This document shows, piece by piece, positions 14,200 to 27,961 of a stretch of DNA of 64,000 nt. A program made the position numbers and the translations under genes. The DNA is from Malacoraja senta (taxonomy: Eukaryota): assembly GCA_038087875.1 (NCBI GenBank), contig CM075991.1, positions 12,030,001 through 12,094,000 on the forward strand. The letters are read 5' to 3'. Below the pieces are notes generated by a model. That model was given only the letters and a program-made list of their open reading frames with translations, searched no databases and was not told the origin of the DNA. The number at the start of each line of letters is the position of its first letter. Position 1 is the first letter of the stretch.

Positions 14200-14775
14200 T
14201 ACCAAACATATTCTGTGTACAAGGAAGGAACTGCAGACGCTGGTTTGCACCGAAGTTAGACACAAAGTGCTGGAGTAACAGGCGGCATCTCTGGAGAGAA
14301 GGAATGGGTGATGTTTCGGGTCGAGACCCTTGTTCAGACTCGACCCGTCACCCATTCCTCTCCAGAGATGCTGCCAGACACGTTGAATTGCTCCAGCATT
14401 TTGTATCTATCTTCGGTACCAAACCTATTCTGCTCTCTGGGCATTTTAACATTGATGTTCTAGAAACCAACATGTGCACAAGGGTATTTTTGTTCACATT
14501 TTCATCGTAGAAGTTATCCGTTCCCGTCCAATCCAGCCAGAGCATTTACCCAGCTAGTACAATCCTACCTCCATTTCCCTTCCTACTCTTGGAAACTTCT
14601 CCAAGCTCTTGGACTATATTTGACAGCCTTTAACCCCCTTTTCCGCCATTAGCTCCATGTCCCTGTATTCTTGGAACTCCATTAAGCAAGTGCCATCAAA
14701 CTGCCACTCAGTCCAGTCCAGTCCTTTTGAAAGTCAGAATATTTCTACACTTGCCTGAGTATAGGTAAGCAATCA

Positions 14776-16530
14776 CAGTGCCCTCCATTGTTTTGGGACA
14801 AAGACCCATAATTTATTTAATTGCCTCTGTACTCCACAATTTGAGATTTATAATAGAAAAAAATAAATCACGTGGTTAAAGTGCACATTGTCAGATTTTA
14901 TTAAAGACCATTTTTATACACTTTGGTTTCACCATGTAGAAATTACAGCTGTGTTTATACATAACTTATATCAGAGTGATGGCAAGAGCAAAGTATGGAG
15001 GAGAGAAGGAACTGCCCAAGATCCAAAGCATACCACCTCAACTGTGAAACACGGTGGTGGGGGTGTTATGGCCTGAGCAAGTATGGCTGCTGAAGGTACT
15101 GGCTCACTTATCTTCATTGATGATACAACTGCTGATGGTAGTAGCATAATAAAGTTTGAAGTGTATAGACACATCCTATTTGCTCAAGTTCAAACAAATG
15201 TCTCAAAACACATTGGCCAGCGGTTCATTCTACAGCAAGACAATGATCCCATACTGCTAAAGCAACAAAGGAGTTTTTCAAAGCTAAAAAATGGTCAATT
15301 CTTGAGTGGCCAAGTCAATCACCTGATCTGAATCCAATTGAGCATACCATTTATATGCTGAAGAGAAAACAGAAGGGGACTAGCCCCCAAAACAAGCTAA
15401 AGATGGCTGCAATGCAGGCCTGGCAGAGCATAATCAGAGAAGACACCCAGCAACTGGTGATGTCCATGAATCGCAGACTTCAAGCAGTCAATGCATGCAA
15501 AGGATATGCAACTAAATACTAAACATGACTATTTTCATTTACATGACATTGATTTTAAATTAGATCGTCAAATAGGCGCGGTAGTTAAGTCCAGCTTCTT
15601 TCATTTAAGGCAGCTGGCAAAGGTGAAGCCCTTTCTTGAACGACAGCATTATGAAACAGTAATCCATGCCTTCATCACGTCTCGGCTGGATTACTGTAAC
15701 GCACTTTATTTTGGAGTTAGCCAATCATCCCTTGCACGTCTCCAGTTGGTTCAGAATGCTGCTGCTCGCCTTTTAACTGGAACACGTAAGAGGGAGCACA
15801 TAACACCTATTCTGGCCTCCCTCCACTGGCTGCCTGTGTACTTTAGAGTTCGTTTTAAGATTCTTTTATTTGTTTTAAAATCTTTAAATGGTCTCGCCCC
15901 GCCTTACTTCTCTGAGCTGCTTCATCCCTATGCTCCTGCTCAGTGCCTCAGGTCAGCTGATCAGCTGCTCCTGGAGGTACCGAGGTCTAAGCGGAAGCTC
16001 AGAGGCGATAGAGCCTTCTCTGTTGTTGCTCTGACATTATGGAACTCTCTACCTTTGAACATTAGACAGGCCACTTCAGTGTCCATTTTCAAAACTAGCC
16101 TTAAAACCCTATTCTATTCCTTGGCATTTGACCCTGCATGAGATTTTGCTCCTGTTTTAGTGTTTTTTATTGTTTTTACTGTCTTTTAATGTTTTGTTGT
16201 TTTGTTTTATGTTTGTGATTGGTCATGTACAGCACTTTGTTGCAACGGTGGTTGTTTTTAAAGTGCTCTATAAATAGTTGTTATTATTATTATTATTACT
16301 GCTTTGTCCCAAACATTATGGTGCCCTGAAATGGTGGTGGGGGGCTATGTAGAAACACTGCTGTAATTTCTACATAGTGAACCAAAATGTATAAAAATGG
16401 TCTTTATTAAAATCTGACAATGTGCACTTTAACCACATGATTTTTTTTCTATTACAAATCTCAAATTGTGCAGAACAGAGGCAAATAAATACATGATGGG
16501 TCTTTGTCCCAAACATTATGGAGGGCACTG
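14776..16530 (+). mobile_element. Degenerate, internally deleted Tc1/mariner transposon of IR/DR type
   Basis: About 190-bp inverted repeats (CAGTGCCCTCC... and ...GGAGGGCACTG followed by TA). Inner direct repeat tttgtcccaaacattatgg at 16303. Transposase remnants KVWRREG...TVKHGGGGVM, FILQQDNDP and WPSQSPDLNPIEH with stops and frameshifts. Confidence 0.88.
15551..16297 (+). mobile_element. 5'-truncated L2-clade LINE nested in the Tc1
   Basis: Open RT C-terminal frame (IHAFITSRLDYCNAL...LQLVQNAAARLL...HITPILASLHWLPV...GDRAFS...LWNSLP), then an L2-type 3' tail and (TTA)n. Confidence 0.88.
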
Positions 16531-19500
16531 TACCTCTGTGTACAATAAGAACCATTACTTTGTGAGCAATAACGTCCTCTCTCCCTATTCCACAATGTAT
16601 ATTTTAGGAACTGTGGTGTGACTTCAACTCCATAGGGACTCTGCAGCTAAGATTTCCCTTGGATTTAATCCTTGAACAAAATTGTTGCATTAAACCTCAA
16701 TCATTGCATTTCAGCAGCTGATTTCCTATTAGTCAACAGATATCAGCACCTCTGAGTAATAGGAAGCCAATGGCTTTATCAGGTGTGGCAAGTGTGGACT
16801 CTAACCTGTTACTGAGCTGGACTATATTCTACCGATGTCAAATAAAAGATGAGACTTGATCCATGTCATTCTCTGGAATGCTTTCAATTAACCGAGGGAA
16901 GGCAAGAGGGATTTACCACACTGAGTGACCATGTGGCTTTTCTCTGGTGTGAAAACAGGTGCAAGGTAACAATGGCCGAGTCAAATGCAAGCAATAATAA
17001 TGGTTACAATGGATAGGGGCCAAATGGGACTAGCCCAGAATGCCAACTTGATTGACATGGACAAGTTGGGTCAATTTCCATTGATAAAACCATGAGTACA
17101 AGTTCAATGGGTCTTTGTTTGTTTATATGTCTGGAGGCAACCTGAACAAGGATGTGAGGTGGAGACCCTCCACAATCAACAAATGATGAAACAAAAACAA
17201 ATTTCTTCCACATCTTGAATGGTTTTCATCAAGGTGTGCATGGATATGGCAATCAGTGGACTCAATAGCCGAAACATCACATGCAATAGAAAAGCCAGTC
17301 AGAAGGAGCTCAATAGATGCAGTTTCCAAAAAGGGGGTGAATGGTTCAGCAGTAGATGGAGACCAGAATATTCTACATAAGTCTTTCAGATTGCAAAAGC
17401 CTTTTCACAGAGAAAACATTAAAAAACTTCCAAAGATTGAAATTCTTTTTAATTGAGAAATATATAATACACCCCCAAAACAGATTTTTACCTAATTAAG
17501 CAGATTGCATTACCCACAAATTCTCATAGCATGTATATACTACGAGAATAGGAAAACTAGATTAACACACCCTGCTTACAAAAACTCTATCATGTTTCAG
17601 ATCAAAAACTTTGACACATCTGTTTGGAAGTAGACAAAAAAAACTTGCTAATCTCAGAAACAAATTGAGTTTCCATTGGCAAAGTGTGCAATATACCAGA
17701 CAGAGGAATATGCTTAACATCTATTAAAAATGGCAGAAAGTGCACATCCCAAAAACAGGCAATCGTTCAAAACAATGCAATGGAATTGTACATAATGGTT
17801 CAGCATTTTCTGTTAAAAAAAAAAAAACACTTAAAAAGACAGAATACATCAATGCAAACAGGAGAAAAATCTCGGAAATGTACAAATTAAAACCTCATTA
17901 CAAAATAAATATTTACCTAGCCCCACCCATTGGGGCTCAACTAGGTTTCTTAATTCAATTGTTTCCTGAATACGTGGAACCAGAGGAATGGTACCCGGAA
18001 AGCAGTCAGGGGGTTGGATTGGGAGTGCACCAGTACCTGGATTACATTCAAGATTGATAGTGCTTTGCGCACACACACACACACGGACCGTTTCTCGATA
18101 TTCAAAGTAGCCATGAAGAAGAAAACTGCACGCCTCCCCTTTTCGGCACAGAAATGTGGGCCAAAGGGCCTGTTCCTGTGCTGTTCTATGTTCCTCCTTT
18201 GCTCTCTCCACCCTTCATTGGCCAATATAGTTATCAAAGTTTGTTTATTGCAAGTGTCCAAAACATTTACTTTAGTATATAGCTTTATTTATATATAGAT
18301 ATAAAATAAATTCTAAAAACTATTCTTTGAAAATTGATTGCCCTTTCTTAGTGCACACTTTATTCTGCAACATTTTCATCCTTTGCCCCACCACGGCCAG
18401 TTGACGAGGAAGGACACGTTTTAAAGCTTTGTAACCTCAACGGGACATTAAACTAAGGCAGGGGTAAGATTTTATGGGATTCAATGGAAATAAATAAGAA
18501 AACTCAACACAATGGCATATGTTTGAGGGAGCCATTCTATTTATAAGTCACCAATATTTTATTTGTAAAAAAAAAGAGCTCCCTTTTACCTTGCAGGTTT
18601 TGACTTGTACGCTAGGTTATGACCCCAGTGGGCATTACAGCCATACCCAACCATGTCTCCTTCTAATGTTGCTGGCAAGCACTTTGGTTGTTAAGACCGA
18701 CAGTTAAACTGGGAGAAGGAATCCTACTTATGAGTTTCCCAAACATTTTATTTAATTAAAAAATGTGTACATAAACACGACCAAATTTAATCAGGATTGT
18801 CTATTCGTAAAGATAAACGTAATCTCTTTAGAAACGGTAAAAAAATATGCCACCAGGTTCATGGTAGACAACATGACGAAGTATAAGGAAACACCATGCA
18901 AGAAAAGACACAAGACCAGAATAACACCCCCCCCCCCCCCCTTTAAATCATCACATATAATAACAAGTTTGTTCTGTTTAGTGGGGTACCTTACCCATTA
19001 TCAATTTAACTGGTAAAAGGAATGGCTCACGGACTGGCCAACACAATTGCTCAAATGAGTTGTGTCTTCGTCAATATTCTGCAACCAAATACTAAACAGT
19101 TAAAACTTCATCCCCAAGAATACAAATGTTTCATCAAAAAGTCAGCCTGGAGTGCAAACTGGAAGACAAGAGGAAACCTGAAAAGCATAATGTAAATAAA
19201 TCAACAGCAATGATTACACTGCAAGTCACTCCTGAGAATATGCTGACAGACATTACATTAGTCAGAGAAGTCATGACTTGCAAAACTGACCAATGTATTT
19301 GTGTTCATTTATATCTCAACTATGCCTGAAAATAAAAAGACATCCTGCGATTGGCAGTGTGGATGGCACTGCGCACTGAACTACAGCTGAGAGAGAGAGA
19401 TAGAACGAGGGGGGAGAGGGGCACGCAAGTTAAATTGTCTTACAAGATGGAAGTGTTGCCTCCAACCAGCAGCAATTTCATTCTGACCCAAAACGACACC

Positions 19501-20250
19501 TGTCCATTCCCTCCACACATTCTGCCTGATCCACTGAGTTGCTCCAGCACTTCGTGGTTTGCACAAGATTTCAGCATCTGCTGCCTCATGTGTCAGCAAT
19601 TTAATTTATACGAGAACTCTGGAAATAAACCGTAAATGTACCAAGCTTACAGTAATAACAAAAATGCCCCAAACGATTTTATATTTTTCAGACAGCCAGG
19701 AAATGTTACTAAATATACACACTTCGCCTCCAATCAGAATATTACTGAAAACATTTGCTTCTTCTGAATGTTCAGCTCAAAATGAGGGCAGTTTCTTCAA
19801 AGATGACTTTACCTAGGATGCATATTACAAGCAGTCTTGGGACTTTCTCAGAAAAGTGTTGAATTCATTTTCCGATCTGTAGTGATGGATTCTTAGTCTG
19901 CAGAAAGCAGCTTTGTTGTTAGGTTTGAGTCACATGCTCAGAGATGTCCTCAAGGTGGTCATTCACCTGGACACACGGGCAATACAAGAAAACACAGGCT
20001 TGTCTGTGCCTTCCTGAAACAAGCCATTTTAAAGAGTCAACCACATATGGCTTCATTTTGATAGCTGCTGAGAGTGCACAGATCCGGTCAATACTTCAAA
20101 ATCCACAGGAGAAAAAACACCAGATCCAAGAGATGAATTGGTCCAGAGTCACATAGAGGTTACTCCATTTTACCATCAACCAATTAAAAAAAAAAATTTA
20201 TAAAATTTCACCTCTATTTTCACCCCCATCCCAGCTAGCCAAGGGACCAT

Positions 20251-20540
20251 AGTTTAACTTAGAGATACAGCGTGGAAACAGGCCTTCAGCCCACCGGGTC
20301 TGCGCCGACCAGCGATCACCCATTCATACTAATTCTATCCTACACACTGGGGAGAATTTACAGAAGCCAATTAACTTACAAACTTGTACGTCTTTGGAAT
20401 GTAGGAGGAAACCGGAGCACCCGGACAAAACCCACGTGGTCACAGGGTGAACGTGCAAACTCCGTAAAGACGGCACCCGTAGTCAGGATCGAACCAGAGT
20501 CTCTGGCACAGTGAGACAGCAACTCTACCGCTGCACCACC
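20251..20540 (-). mobile_element. HE1/V-SINE-like SINE, probably in the CNNM4 3' UTR
   Basis: ggttcgatcctgactacgggtgccgtc...ggagtttgcacgttc...gggtgctccggtttcctc plus tail. Confidence 0.8.
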
Positions 20541-21737
20541 TTCCTGATACTGCCCCAATACCTATTAATGGAATAAAATTAACCAGGGAATAACTGATTC
20601 AATTGTCAGTGAGATTGAATTTTGAAGTTCACGTGGGGGAAGTATGGGATAGGTGTGTAGATCAGTTGAATATCTGGAACAATGGGATTTTTGCAATCTG
20701 CTACCTAGGCTCTGGTGGGCAAATGAGAGAAGTCCTCGGTCAGCTCTGTTAATACTTTGCTGTACGGACAAGTGCGGATGAAGGACCTTGTTATCTATAA
20801 CCCTGGACAGAAGCTGATCAGAAACTCTGATCAACCTAAGGAGCGATGTTGGCAATACTGGACCAGGTAAGGCACTGTCCCAGGGTTACATGAAAATGAG
20901 GGAGAGGAAGGGAACGGACCAGGAGGCGAGGGAGGGAACAGGCAAGGAGGTGAGCGTCAAGGAAGGAGTAAAGAAGTGGGTGTCAGGATGGGGAAAATCA
21001 GGAAAGGAGACAAACATCAGGGATGGGAGGGGGAGTTGTGCCGGGGGTGGGGGGGGGAGGGGAAGGAGGTGTGCAATAGTGAGGAAGGGTGAATCAGAGA
21101 AAGAAGTAAGCCTGGGATGGGGGGGAAGGGGAGGAAGGAAGCAAGTATCAGGCAGGAGGGAGTGTTGAGGAGGTGGGGGGGGGCATGGGAGGAGATGATA
21201 GTTGGGAGGAAGGGAGCACGGAAGTTGTTCTGGGGTGGTAACAGACATCCCACAGTCGCCATCATGACCGAACAGAGGTAAGAACAGTTGACAATGAGCT
21301 GGGAATCCGTTAGATGGAAGGCTTCTGAACACTAACCCCAGGCATCACTTAACGTGCCGGCCAGCGAGCAAGGACCCTGGACAACTGGACGGTGTTCACG
21401 GCAGACAATGGCGAGCGCAAGGCCTCGACATCCATCTCATCAGCAGAAAGGAAGAAAAGGCCATCGGAGGATCACTTCTTTGGCAATGGAGATAAAACTT
21501 TACCTCAACTTTCTTCTGCACGGTCTCCAAAGCCGAACGTCCCCACCACCCACCCACCCACCGTAGCTGGTTAGTTAACCACAAAGCAGCATTCCTCTCA
21601 TTCCCAGAGGACAGCACAAGGTACAGATGCTCCCATCTGGTTCCACATGGTTCTTTTCTTTGCCCTCAAACAGTCCTGAAGTTGCACTGCGACCTGTGTT
21701 TAATGCCCAACGTGAAGTACCAGACCTTGGAGGGAGG

Positions 21738-21941
21738 TCATATATTGTTGTCTACTGAAGTGTGAATAGATTTACGGTTCGAAGAGTTCTGCTCATTCAG
21801 CAGGTTTGTGGTCTCATCCGCTATACTCGGGGTTTTGTCCGTTGCACTCACGTCGGTGCTTACGTGCAGATTCTCCGGCGACTGTGGAGTGCTGTCCAGT
21901 TTTGAAGCCAGTAGTCCATTTTGATATTGCTGCCATGTGAT
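21738..21941 (-). CDS. CNNM4: CNNM4-like terminal exon 7
   Basis: ITWQQYQNGLLASKLDSTPQSPENLHVSTDVSATDKTPSIADETTNLLNEQNSSNRKSIHTSVDNNI* with TGA at 21740-21738. QQYQNGLLAS and DETTxLLNE are CNNM4-like. Confidence 0.9.
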   Translation of the reverse strand: MTWQQYQNGLLASKLDSTPQSPENLHVSTDVSATDKTPSIADETTNLLNEQNSSNRKSIHTSVDNNI

Positions 21942-24345
21942 CTGTTAAAATAATAGGAAGAGGATGGAGGAGAGATGAAAAGAATGGAATAATAATAGGG
22001 AAGTAACAACAGCTTTTATACAGTGTCATTTAATCCACCAAATACCCTAAATGTCTTTACTGCCAATAAAATGTGATCTGTCTGTCCCCAGTCTGAATCT
22101 ATAAGATGGGGCAACAGCCAATGATAGAGTCATGGAGTCACACAGCATGGAAACAAGCCCTTCGGCCCGACTCGTCCATACCAACCAAGATGTCACATCT
22201 TTGCCTGCATATGTCCCATATCCCTCTAAACCAAGGGTTCCCAACCTGGGGTAAATGTCGCCTACCCAGGGGGTAAATTTGTTGATTCTGGATTTGTACA
22301 TATTTTTTCTCATTGACTGACTGTGTTTGGTTCTGATATGTTTGGTATCTGTTCATCATTAGTTGTTCATAAATAAGCGAAATAACATTGTTATGTGCTA
22401 TTAAAGTTGCCGGGGGTAATTTGCATGTAGGGGCACCATATTCAAGACACGTGGAGAAGATCCTGACCCTAAGCATCACCTATCTATGTTCTCCAGCGAT
22501 GCTGCCCGACTCACTCAGTTACTCCAGCACTTTGTGTCCTTTTTAGTAAAGCCAGTAACTGCAGTTCTTTGTTTCTTCAAGGGCACTACAGATAACAGCG
22601 CCATTTGGTGGCGTTGAACGGTACTGCAGTCCAACCTATTAAACGTTGCCATAGACTGATTTTATGACAGTCCCTTCATACAAGCGCAGGATGGATTTGG
22701 TAGCTGCTGTGAGGCTGCAGGCAATATTTATGGTAATATCATTGCACCTTGCAGAGAAATGCAAATGGTTGAATTTAGACACACTTCTTTAACCACAGAA
22801 ACAAGGAACTGCAGATGCTGGTTTACAAAAGAGGACACAAAGTGCTGGAGTAACTCAACTGGTCAGGCAGCATCTTTGAAGAACATAGATTGGTGATGTT
22901 TCGGGTCAGGTCCCTTCCCTGAGAGGAATCAAAGGAGAAGTTGTTGGGGGTGAGAGGCAAGAGACCCGCCCCGAAATATTACCTATCCATGTGTAGGAAG
23001 GAACTGCAGATGCTGCTTTACACCAAAGATAGACACAAAATGCTGGAGTAACTCAGTGGGACAGGCAGCATCTCTGGAGAGAAGGAACGGGTGGCGTTTC
23101 GGGGTCGAGACCCTTCTTCAGACTGGGAGTCAGGGGAAGAGGGTGACACAGAGATATGGAAGGGTAAAGTGTGAAAACGAGAGATCAAAGGGGACGAAGT
23201 TCACGGAACATGTAGAATAGATCATTGTTAGCTAGCGGCATACAAAGATAACACTTAATCAGGACAGTCAAACTGGTCAGAATCCATGTTCTCCTGACCC
23301 GTTCCAGCACTCTGTGACTTCTCTGGTTTAACCACACGTTGCCCTCAGTTGGCCTATATTTTTATTTAAATATATTGGTGGGAAGCTGCATTTCTGATGT
23401 GGGCTGTTTGGATTACAAACAGTTCTCTGTCGTAACTGGGAAAAGACCCGACATCTAATTGTTAACGCAGAATGTTGCAAGTAATATTGGTCCTGCACAA
23501 GATTTAATTGGAAGGAAACTATTTTCACAAAAAACTATTTTCATTAATCACAAATTTCCAAACTTAATTCAATTATTTCCAAACATAGATATGTTATTTC
23601 AGTTGTAGAGTCATAGTCATAGAGTGATACAGGCCCTTCGGCCCAACTTTCCCACACTGGCCAACATGTCCCATCTACACTAGTTAATCCGACTGTGGAA
23701 ACTGAAGGAATATGGATTGAAATTACGCAAAAGAATAGATGTTGTTTTCTGGACAAAATAGAAACACACAAGGAATGGTGAGCTGCAAATCAGTTGGTAA
23801 AGTAAAGACAAAGTGCTAGGGTTCCTGAACAGGTCAAGCAGCATCTGTGGAGAAATAGTTATGGCTTCAAGTTGCTGGCCCCAGCATTTTTGATTTTTAT
23901 CTGATTTCCTGCATCTGCGTTTTATTGAAAGACACAAAGTTTACCAACTCAGCAGGTCAGGCAGTATCTCTGGAGAACATAGATGACGTTTTGGGTCGGG
24001 ACGTGTTACTCCAGCACTTTGTGACTTTCTTTGTAATCAACATCGGCAGTTCCTTGTTTCTACATCTGCAGTTCTTGCATCAGTTGATGAAATGCTGGCC
24101 TCCAATTTTTTTTAAAGATATATGGTTACAGCCTCAATATGATTTTTCTCACCAGAGAACAACTGTGACTGGAACTCTCTGCCTTGATAGAAGCAGAATT
24201 AGTCACAGTTTATTAAATGGAACATATAACGTGACGTTAAAACAATCATGAGGAATGGGGAAAGGAGAAGGCAGTGTTCCAAAGTGTTTCGATTTGGAAA
24301 AAAAAGGTTCCGGCAGTGGGCCAAATACACCTAGTGCTTTCTCAC

Positions 24346-24515
24346 CTTCACAAACTGTAGGTCCATCACTGCCCTGACAGAGAAATCAGGAATGTAGTGA
24401 TGTGTGGAAATAGCCGTGATGCTTGGAACAATGGAGGATGCGGACTCGGAGCGTTCGGCTTGATGTAGAGACACAGAACGGTTCATCTCACTGTTGCGAG
24501 AGTTCGAGAGGTTAT
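24346..24515 (-). CDS. CNNM4: CNNM4-like exon 6
   Basis: DNLSNSRNSEMNRSVSLHQAERSESASSIVPSITAISTHHYIPDFSVRAVMDLQFVK. cag| and |gtgaga, 170 bp, restores phase 0. Confidence 0.88.
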
Positions 24516-26949
24516 CTGAATGGGAGAGATAAAATTGCAGCTTAATAAAACATAAACAGTTGGTTTGGATACTGTACGCACTTCTGGTCGCCCCATTAGA
24601 GGAAGAATGTGGGGGCTTTGGAAAGGGTGCAGAAGAGTTTCAACATATTGCTGCCTGGATTAGAGGATATTATCTATAAGGAGATGATAGAAAAACGTGG
24701 ATTGTTTTTTTCTGAAGCATCAGAGGTTGAGGAGAGACCAGCTAGAAGTTTATAAAATTATGCGAGGCAGAGATAGGGTCGACTGTCAGCACTTGTTTCC
24801 AAGGATGGAAGTCTCAAATGTTAGGAATAGCTTTAAGATGAGAGAGGGAAAGTTTAAAGGAGTTGTACAGGGCAGGTTTTCTTTAAGAGAGTGGTGGGTA
24901 CCTGAAATGTGCTGCCGGGCATGATCGTGGAAGCTGAATGGACGGTGGCGTTTAATTTGACAGCATGTTCAGCACAGAAGGACCTGTTTCGCGTTGTACT
25001 GCTCTATGTACTATAAATGCACCAGTGACCCCTGCAGGCCTCACCACAATGGGACACGGTCTCAGTGAAATCAGCCACTGAGCCTCGGAATTGCCTCTTC
25101 GGACGCCGCACTCAAGGGTTCGCAGGAGTAACGGCAGCGCTGTCTCGGTTGAGGATACTTCAGCTCACGTCTGCCTCGCGACACACACCCTCCCCTGCAC
25201 TGACTCACAGCGCCAGAGACCCGGGTTCGATCCTGGCCTCGGGTGCTGTCCGTGTGGAGTATGCACGTTCTCCCTGTGACCGCGTGGGTTTCCTCTGGGT
25301 CCACCGGTTTCCACCCACATCCAAAAGACGTGCAGGTTTACTTGGCTTTTGTAAATTGTCCTGATGTGCAGGGGTGGATGTGAAAGTGGGGTAACAGAAC
25401 TAGTGTGAACGGGTGATCAATGGACGGACTCAGTGGATTGAGGAGTCAGATTCCATGCTGCATCTTTCAACCAATCCCCGGTCTCGGCATTCAGCTCCAA
25501 GGCAGGGACAGGAGTCACATGCTTGTTAGAAGAAGTCCTAGAGCCACAAACATCTTCACACCAAAACCCTTGCTCAACCTCACAAATAGATCATAATAAG
25601 GGCTTGGAATGTAAAAACCGTGCAGACCCATGCATGATTTACCTTGGAACCAAGGAGTTAGAGAAACTGCTTTGAGGCTGCAAGTGCGGAGCCTGGAGAT
25701 AGGAGCTGGGAGATAGAGATGAAGCAACAGAGAGAGAACAAGATTAAACAGCACAGAACAAGAGCAGCAAGTGTTCACCTCCGCCAGATACATCAGGTCA
25801 CCCTCAGCCAGCACTGCCACCTTTTGTCTCATGTCCCCTCCGTCATTGTTTTTCTTGGGCAGACACAGAGCCGCAGCTGGTAGAGCCACTGCCGCACAGA
25901 CAGAGACCCAGGTTCTATCCTGACCTCGGGTGCCATGTAGATCTTGCTCTGTGATCGCGTGGGTTTCCTCCCACATCCCAAAGACGTGTGAGTTTGTAGG
26001 TTAATCAGTAAATTGTCCCCAGTGTCGAGGGAGTGGATGAGAAAGTGAGAGCACTTAGAAATAGTGTGAACGGGAGTTCCATGCAACCGTGTGGACTTGG
26101 TGGGCCATGGGCCTGTTTCCCTGCCATATCTCTACACTAAACTTTTAGTCTTCATCCTACTACATACCTTCTCTTTGTTCTTCCCATCCTTTCCTCTTCT
26201 CACTAATTTAAAATACACTTGCTCTTAACGTTTCCTCATCCTGATGAAAGGTTGTCTACCTGAAACATTTCTCTCTGCAGATCCTGCCTGACCTGGTCCT
26301 TCTCTCAATTTTTCCCCATTATTTCCAGCATCTTCAGGATTGCGCCGATGCTCAGAAAGGTGGGGGGGGGGGAGCATTTCCAAAGCAACTTTCACCTCTC
26401 TATGTCCTAAATTGTGTTGCACAGTACAGAGAACTTCCAAAGTGGAGCCAAGGTTGTGCGGAACACAGCTCCCAATTTACACAGATGCTTGAATAATCTG
26501 TTTTCATAACATTGATCGAGGGATCTTTATTGGCCAGGATCCCACATGGGATCTTTTACATCCAGTCAGGAAATCTGGTGAGGCTTGGGATTAACGTCTC
26601 GGATGCACCATCATCTCGGATACAATACTACCCATATCTTTGGAGGAAGTAGCGCAAGACTGAGGCACCACTAATGGTGCAGGTGGAGACTTGGAGCAAG
26701 CAAGACACAAAATCATCCCTAACTGAGGCCATGTCAAGAATTTTAGAACTTTCTTTCTGAAATGTTGTGGTCAACTGGTAAATGCAATACTCAGATTTAT
26801 ATCAATACAGGGATTTGTTGAGCGGAGAATGGAAGGTTGGAGAACCAAGACTAGAGACAAATTATCTAAAACCTAGAGTGTTCTCGTGGAGTGAGCGTTA
26901 ATCATCTGTTCATTCCTTCAAATATTTTGAATTTCTTGAAACCTTCTGT

Positions 26950-27545
26950 GAAATTTTAGCATCTTGCAATAATAATGCATGTGCCTTGTTTGCTACTGTC
27001 GACAGGCTAACAACCCCTCCTGTGTCAGTAGCCTCTGAACTTCTTTCCATCAGGGCCTGCAATGAATTTGCCTCCTCCTTCACTGACAACATTCAGAAAA
27101 TTAGGCAAGCAGTCAGTGCCTCCATATCAGGTACAGTGTGTGTGTCCACGTAAAGCAAATTTAAATGCCATGACAGTTTTGTGCAACCAACCATAAAAAC
27201 CTGGAGGACATGATACAACATCTGAAATCCTCCTCCTGCTGCCTTGATATTCTGCCAACAGGATTTTTAAAAAATGTGTCAAATTATTTGGCCTCAGATC
27301 TACTACAAATTGTAAACAGGTCTCTTCTCTCAGGTGTCTTCCCAAAGGCCCTGAAAACTGCCGTCATTAAGCCACTTAAAAAAGAACCATCTAGACACGT
27401 CACTAATGTCTTATTCTATTTTAGCTTGTTTTTATTTTTCTATTCTTTTAATTGCTTTTGATTGCTTTTTAATGCTTTGTGTAAAGCACTTTGAATTGCC
27501 TTGTTGCAGAAATGTTCTATATAAATAAACTTGCTTGCTTGTTTG
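26950..27545 (+). mobile_element. Internally deleted L2 LINE fragment
   Basis: KSSSCCLDILPT...IVNRSLLSGVFPKALKTAVIKPLKK followed by an L2 tail (tgtaaagcactttgaattg...tatataaataaa(cttg)n). Confidence 0.7.
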
Positions 27546-27563
27546 CAAAGGGATCATTCTTAC

Positions 27564-27660
27564 CTGCGAGTATGCTACCGAGAGCCATGGTGCCAAAATA
27601 GGAGAAGGGTCCGGTCTCAAACTTCATGTCTTCCTTCCCAGCCTCGGTCTCCACCTTGCC
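27564..27660 (-). CDS. CNNM4: CNNM4-like exon 5
   Basis: [32 protein letters not shown]. tag| and |gtaaga, 97 bp. Confidence 0.9.
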
Positions 27661-27832
27661 CTATGGAGCAGGAAGAAACAGTTAAATAGGACACGGACTG
27701 GATGGATCACACAACCATAGTCCATGTTTAACCTAATGCTATTAGACATCGTGGGGTCCAGAGAAACACTGTAGACTCCCAAGATTATTCCATCCCACTG
27801 GCATAACATTACGCCACCTCCTCTGTGGTTGT

Positions 27833-27961
27833 AGACACAAAATGCTGGAGTAACTCAGCGGGTGAGGCAGCATCTGGAGATGCTGCCGCACCCGCTGAGT
27901 TACTCCAGCATTTTGTGTCTACCTTCGATTTTATCCAGCATCTACAGTTCTTTCTTACACA
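27833..27961. mobile_element. Inverted Penelope-like short element with TSD
   Basis: Hairpin agacacaaaatgctggagtaactcagcgggtg...cacccgctgagttactccagcattttgtgtct, flanked by tcctctgtggttgt (27819-27832 and 27962-27975). Confidence 0.8.

Noticed and set aside
15491..16141. 216-aa ORF as a host gene
   Set aside because: It is the C-terminal part of an L2 reverse transcriptase nested in a Tc1 element.
25040..25180. Extra CNNM4 cassette exon between exons 5 and 6
   Set aside because: The required phase-1 reading hits TGA within a few codons, and exons 5 and 6 already join in frame.
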